In this document: positions 59,909 through 64,000 of the stretch, in pieces
How the letters are laid out: every line of letters starts with the position of its first letter
How positions within the stretch are numbered: the first letter of the stretch is position 1
NCBI GenBank assembly: GCA_964399735.1
Contig: CAYNSO010000002.1
Location: 77,440 to 141,439, forward strand
Direction: 5' to 3'
Source: an uncultured Cytophagia bacterium
Lineage (GTDB): Bacteria; Zhuqueibacterota; Zhuqueibacteria; Residuimicrobiales; Krinioviventaceae
Length of the DNA: 64,000 bases
Made by a program: the position numbers and the translations under genes
The notes under the pieces: model-generated
The model's input: only the letters and a program-made list of their open reading frames with translations
The model's database searches: none
What the model was told of the DNA's origin: nothing

Positions 59909-60926
59909 GAAGACTACCATAAAAGAAGTCGCAAAAAAAGCCGGGGTGGCTGTTTCCACAGTATCTTTGGTGCTTAACAACAAAGGTTATGTTAGCCAGG
60001 AAGTTAAAACCAAAGTTCTGGACGCAATTAAAGAACTGAAATATCATCCACAGCGGACAGCGCGCGGACTGGTTACCCGGCAAAGCGGCAATTTCGGCTT
60101 TATCGTCACAACCGATCACTTTTCCCATGTTGAACCCTTTTACACCAAAATTTTCCTTGGTTGCGAATTTTCTGCCCGCTCTTATGACTATTACATCCTC
60201 CTCACGACCATTGATATGAATTTTTCTCCCCAAAATATTCCACGCTTTTTACTGGAACGTAATGTTGATGGAGTTATCCTGGCCGGTTCAGTCCCCCATA
60301 AAATTGTTGATTATATCAAAGAAAAAAAATACCCGCAAATTTTAATTGATTATTACTTTGCCGATCAAAACCAGTCACGGGTTATCATTGATAATGATAT
60401 GGGGATTCGGCTGATCATTGAGCATTTACGCGAAATGGGGCATAAATGCATTGCCTTTATCGGCGGCGACATGAAACATCCCGGTATGCTGGAACGCAAA
60501 AATGCATTTATAAAATATTGCCGGGCTTTTGGACTGGCATTGGATGAGAAATACCTGATTTCCGAACATCGGGACAGTAATTCAGCTGCCGGCTTTGAAG
60601 CGACCAATCAATTACTGGAACGCAACCAGGACTTGACTGCAATTGTTGCCGCCAACGATGCGATGGCAGTCGGCGCTTTACGGGCATGCCGTGACCGAAA
60701 AATTAACATTCCGGGACAAATGGCAATTACCGGTTTTGATAATGTTGAATCATCAATTACAGCCAGGCCTACCCTAACAACTGTTAATGTACCCAAAGAA
60801 GAAATGGGGGCAACAGCTGTGCGATATCTGGTTGATGTTGTAAAAAATCATTCCCAGGAGGGCGTTAAAATTATTATGCCGGTCAAGCTGGTATGTCGTG
60901 AATCGACAAATAATAAATTTGCCTGA
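59907..60926 (+). CDS. LacI-family transcriptional regulator
   Basis: 339 aa. N-terminal HTH TIKEVAKKAGVAVSTVSLVLNNKGYVSQEVKTKV, and a periplasmic-binding-protein-like sugar-binding core. Confidence 0.9.
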   Translation: MKTTIKEVAKKAGVAVSTVSLVLNNKGYVSQEVKTKVLDAIKELKYHPQRTARGLVTRQSGNFGFIVTTDHFSHVEPFYTKIFLGCEFSARSYDYYILLTTIDMNFSPQNIPRFLLERNVDGVILAGSVPHKIVDYIKEKKYPQILIDYYFADQNQSRVIIDNDMGIRLIIEHLREMGHKCIAFIGGDMKHPGMLERKNAFIKYCRAFGLALDEKYLISEHRDSNSAAGFEATNQLLERNQDLTAIVAANDAMAVGALRACRDRKINIPGQMAITGFDNVESSITARPTLTTVNVPKEEMGATAVRYLVDVVKNHSQEGVKIIMPVKLVCRESTNNKFA

Positions 60927-61114
60927 TTGTGCAAAAACAGGTAAAAATGAATATGATATTTAACTAAAATAAACTGATAATAATCATAAAAAAATGACAA
61001 GAAAGGAGGTACCGGGCAGTAATCTATTTTTTGGGACCTCACTATCAAAAGCCAATGCAGAGAATCTGTCTCTGCATTACAGGTAAAACAGAAACTAAAA
61101 AACAAGAGGTGATT

Positions 61115-64000
61115 ATGAAATTTTTAAAACAAACATTCCTCTGTACCGCTGTAATTGTCAGTTTCCTCGTCTTCTCCCCTGCCCTGGCACAAATCAATAC
61201 CATAGAAAACGGCGGGTTCGAGAACGTTGATAATCCGGCATACTGGTACAAGCTCGATGCCGACGGTGCAACTGTCGAATGGGCTGAAGATCAATTTCGT
61301 TCTCCGGAACGCTCACTGAAAATTTCCGATGCCGATGGACCGGATGCACCTTCCTGGAAATCCGAAAATTTTGCGACTTTGCAATGGAACCCAACCACAG
61401 GATTAACAAAAAATATCGAAATGCTGGTAGGCGGCTGGGTAAAAACCCAAAATGTGAATGTTTCCCCGGCAAACGACAATGATAAAATCACACTCTCCTT
61501 TACCTTTAAAGATGCTGCTGGCGCCACAATTTTTGGCCAACCGGTTATTATGGAAATTCCACAAAACCAGGCCAGCACAGATTGGGTAGAAATCAAAAAT
61601 GATGTTCCAATTGTACTGCCGGAAGATGCTGCCGAATGCTATGTAGAATTTAAATTTGGCGCTAATGCTACCGGTACCGCGTGGCTGGACGATATTTTCC
61701 TGTACAATGCCCCCGGCGCTGAAGGCTGGATTGGCGGGCTTTTTAATGCCAATTTTGGCGTGCCGGCCGGCTGGTTTTTCTGGAAAGATTATATGGATAC
61801 CGGCGCACCAGGATATGGTATTGTTTCAATTTCTAAAAATTATGCCCATAAAGGCGCCCATTCGTTACGGATCAGCGATACTGCCGACAATCCTGCAGAA
61901 GTTGTGGCTATATCAAACAGAAACGCGGTTGATCCCGGTCGGTCTTATGGTTTTTCCGCCTGGGTCAAACTGGAAGACGCAAATGTCAATCCGACTCGTG
62001 ATGTTGAACAAGCTGTATTCTTTACCATTACCTATCACAATGACGATGCCGGCTGGGCGGAAATTGGCGGCGAAGATTTCTTTGTCATCGATCAATCCCT
62101 GTCCGATACCGATTGGCGGTTATACGAGTTTACCTTTACACCGCCTGAAGGAACAACCCGCATATCAATACGCCCGCGTATGCAACACCAGGCAATTGGC
62201 GACACCTACTGGGACGATATTCGCATTTACCCGGTCGGTATTGCAAAAAAGAATTTCAGCTTTGATGAATCGCTCAACCCCGCTAATTGGTCCGCCCGTA
62301 ATGGTGGCGAAGCTGATGTGGAATGGGACGGCGATGTGTATCGTTCCCCGGAACGCTCGTTAAAGATCAGTGATGCCGGCGGCGATGATGATCCCTACTG
62401 GATCAGCGCCAATATGGCAAAACTGCAATGGAATTCAACAAACGGTATCACTGCTAATGTGGAAATGGTTATTGGCGGCTGGGTAAAAACCGAAAATGTC
62501 AATACCAATCCGGCTACTGCCAATGATGAAATTTATCTTTCCTATTCATTTTATGATGCAACAGGAAATATGATCTTTGGTCAACCTGTAGTTATGAAAA
62601 TTCCGCAAGCCAATGCTTCAACCGACTGGGTTGAAATTAAAAATGAAACCCCGGTTGTTTTGCCGGTAGATGCAGACTCGATGATTGTCATGTTTTATTT
62701 TGGCCCGAACGCCACCGGTACGGTATGGCTGGATGATATATTTATGAAAAATGCTCCCGGCGCCGAAGGCTGGCTGGGTGATTTGTATAACGGTAACTTT
62801 GGAGTACCGGAAGGCTGGTTCTTCTGGAAAGATAAAATGAGTGAAGGCGAAGCCGATTATGGCGTGGTTTCGATTTCCGATACCTACGCGCATAGTGGTA
62901 AAAACTCTCTCAGAATGTCGGACGATGCTACCAATCCCGCCGAAGTCGTGCTTATTTCCGACCGCAACCCGGTTGAACCGAACATGGAATACCTGGTGAG
63001 CGTGTGGGTAAAACTGGTTGGTACAAATTTAAACATTGAAAAAGATATTGAAAAAGCGGTTTTCTTTACCGTTACCTACCACTCTAATGACGCCGGCTGG
63101 GCGGAAAATCATGGCGCTGATTTTCTGGTCGTTCCGCAAACAGTAACCGACCGCGATTGGGCTTTGTATACCTTCCGTATTAAAACCGAAGCGAACGACC
63201 ATCGTATCTCCATTCGCGGCAGAATGCAGCACCAGGCCACCGGCGATGTGTACCTCGATGATTTCCAGGTTGTGCCAATTGCCAGCCCAATGGCTAATTA
63301 TGACTTTGAAAATGCTGAATTGCCAGCGCACTGGACCAAACGTAATGAAGGCGAATCGACCCTTAGCTGGACTTCGGCTGTGAGTCGTTCACCACAACGT
63401 AGTTTAATGATCCAGGAAAGCGATGGTAACGATGCTCCGATGTGGACCACCCATGCCAACATGGCAAAATTGTACTGGAATCCAACCACAGGCATTACCC
63501 CCAATATCGAAATGGAAATTGGCGGCTGGGTAAAAACCGAAAATGTCAATACCAATCCGGCAAATGCAGATGAAGAAATTCAACTTGTATATGAATTCTT
63601 TGATGCAACAGGAGCATTAATATTCGGCCAACCGGTTGTACTGAATGTTCCCCAAACTCAGGCAACAATCGACTGGACCCAGATTAAAAATGATGTTCCC
63701 ATTGTATTGCCGGTTGACGCTGATTCTTTGGCAATTACATTCAAATTCGGTCCGCAAGCCACCGGCACTGTCTGGCTGGATGACATTATGATGTGTAATG
63801 CTCCCGGCGCTGAAGGCTGGTTAGGTGGAATATTTAACGGTAATTTTGGTGTACCGGAAGGATGGTTCTTCTGGAAAGATAAAATGGACAACGGCGAAGC
63901 CGGTTATGGCGTAGTGTCGGTTACCGAGGACGAAGCACATACCGGTAATTTCTCTTTGCTGATTTCCGACGATGATACCAATCCCGCCGAAGTCGTTGCA
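61115..64000 (+). CDS. very large secreted protein built of tandem repeats of paired carbohydrate-binding-module-like (CBM4/9/22-like) domains; partial, continues beyond window end
   Basis: ATG at 61115 preceded by AAGAGGTGA. Signal peptide MKFLKQTFLCTAVIVSFLVFSPALAQ. The frame is open to 64000 (>960 aa) and absent from the ORF track because it has no stop in the window. A repeat unit of ~350 aa occurs at least 3 times. Domain A: NGGFEN..WYK...W..DQFRSPERSLKISDADG...LQWNPTTG.T.NIEM.IGGWVKTENVN...WLDDIF. Domain B: FGVPEGWFFWKD...GYGVVSIS...SLR.SD...NPAEVV.IS.RN...Y..S.WVKL...VFFT.TYH..DAGWAE..G.DF.V...WD..YLDD. Confidence 0.75.
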   Translation, partial: MKFLKQTFLCTAVIVSFLVFSPALAQINTIENGGFENVDNPAYWYKLDADGATVEWAEDQFRSPERSLKISDADGPDAPSWKSENFATLQWNPTTGLTKNIEMLVGGWVKTQNVNVSPANDNDKITLSFTFKDAAGATIFGQPVIMEIPQNQASTDWVEIKNDVPIVLPEDAAECYVEFKFGANATGTAWLDDIFLYNAPGAEGWIGGLFNANFGVPAGWFFWKDYMDTGAPGYGIVSISKNYAHKGAHSLRISDTADNPAEVVAISNRNAVDPGRSYGFSAWVKLEDANVNPTRDVEQAVFFTITYHNDDAGWAEIGGEDFFVIDQSLSDTDWRLYEFTFTPPEGTTRISIRPRMQHQAIGDTYWDDIRIYPVGIAKKNFSFDESLNPANWSARNGGEADVEWDGDVYRSPERSLKISDAGGDDDPYWISANMAKLQWNSTNGITANVEMVIGGWVKTENVNTNPATANDEIYLSYSFYDATGNMIFGQPVVMKIPQANASTDWVEIKNETPVVLPVDADSMIVMFYFGPNATGTVWLDDIFMKNAPGAEGWLGDLYNGNFGVPEGWFFWKDKMSEGEADYGVVSISDTYAHSGKNSLRMSDDATNPAEVVLISDRNPVEPNMEYLVSVWVKLVGTNLNIEKDIEKAVFFTVTYHSNDAGWAENHGADFLVVPQTVTDRDWALYTFRIKTEANDHRISIRGRMQHQATGDVYLDDFQVVPIASPMANYDFENAELPAHWTKRNEGESTLSWTSAVSRSPQRSLMIQESDGNDAPMWTTHANMAKLYWNPTTGITPNIEMEIGGWVKTENVNTNPANADEEIQLVYEFFDATGALIFGQPVVLNVPQTQATIDWTQIKNDVPIVLPVDADSLAITFKFGPQATGTVWLDDIMMCNAPGAEGWLGGIFNGNFGVPEGWFFWKDKMDNGEAGYGVVSVTEDEAHTGNFSLLISDDDTNPAEVVA
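61180..64000 (+). repeat. intragenic tandem repeat, period ~1.05 kb (3 or more copies, 60-75% nt identity with short perfectly identical blocks)
   Basis: A 44-nt stretch ATTGGCGGCTGGGTAAAAACCGAAAATGTCAATACCAATCCGGC is identical at 62471-62514 and 63518-63561. The homologous segment in copy 1 is near 61431. Confidence 0.7.

Noticed and set aside
1-64000. tRNA, rRNA, tmRNA, RNase P, CRISPR arrays, IS elements or integrases
   Set aside because: Scanning the intergenic regions found no T-arm GGTTCGA(A/T)TCC motifs and no regularly spaced direct repeats. I found no transposase, recombinase, toxin or restriction-modification gene either. The window looks like core chromosome rather than an island.

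Overview
This is a 64 kb chromosomal window from a low-GC Gram-negative bacterium, and my best guess is the Cloacimonadota / FCB-related lineage. That guess rests on two proteins with type IX secretion system (T9SS) C-terminal sorting domains, two PorV/PorQ-like outer-membrane proteins, frequent AGGAGG-type ribosome-binding sites and TTGACA-17-TATAAT-like promoters. Most of the window is densely packed housekeeping genes: gcvPA-gcvH, accC-accB-efp, gatB-gatA, two tatA paralogs, pssA-psd, purC-purB, htrA, truA, ecfT, pyrK-pyrD, rlpA, cdsA, queA, rocA and cspA. A two-component/c-di-GMP signalling block and a HAMP-containing class III adenylate cyclase are also present.

The less ordinary content is listed below. 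(1) A selenoprotein W/Rdx-family gene with an in-frame TGA inside a CxxU motif and a downstream hairpin, which the ORF track missed. (2) An operon pairing an acyl-CoA-synthetase-like protein that has lost both adenylation lysines with an EF-G paralog that has lost the catalytic His and the NKxD motif. (3) A secreted InhA/M6-like protein whose HExxH zinc site is replaced. (4) A glycan-utilisation-like locus made of a giant T9SS LamG protein, a GH2 beta-mannosidase, a LacI regulator with palindromic operators, and a giant open-ended protein built of tandem ~350-aa CBM-like repeat units. (5) A PqqD-like RiPP-recognition protein paired with an M29-like peptidase. (6) A PorQ-like beta-barrel fused to ~450 aa of TPR repeats.

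No tRNA, rRNA, CRISPR array or transposase was found.
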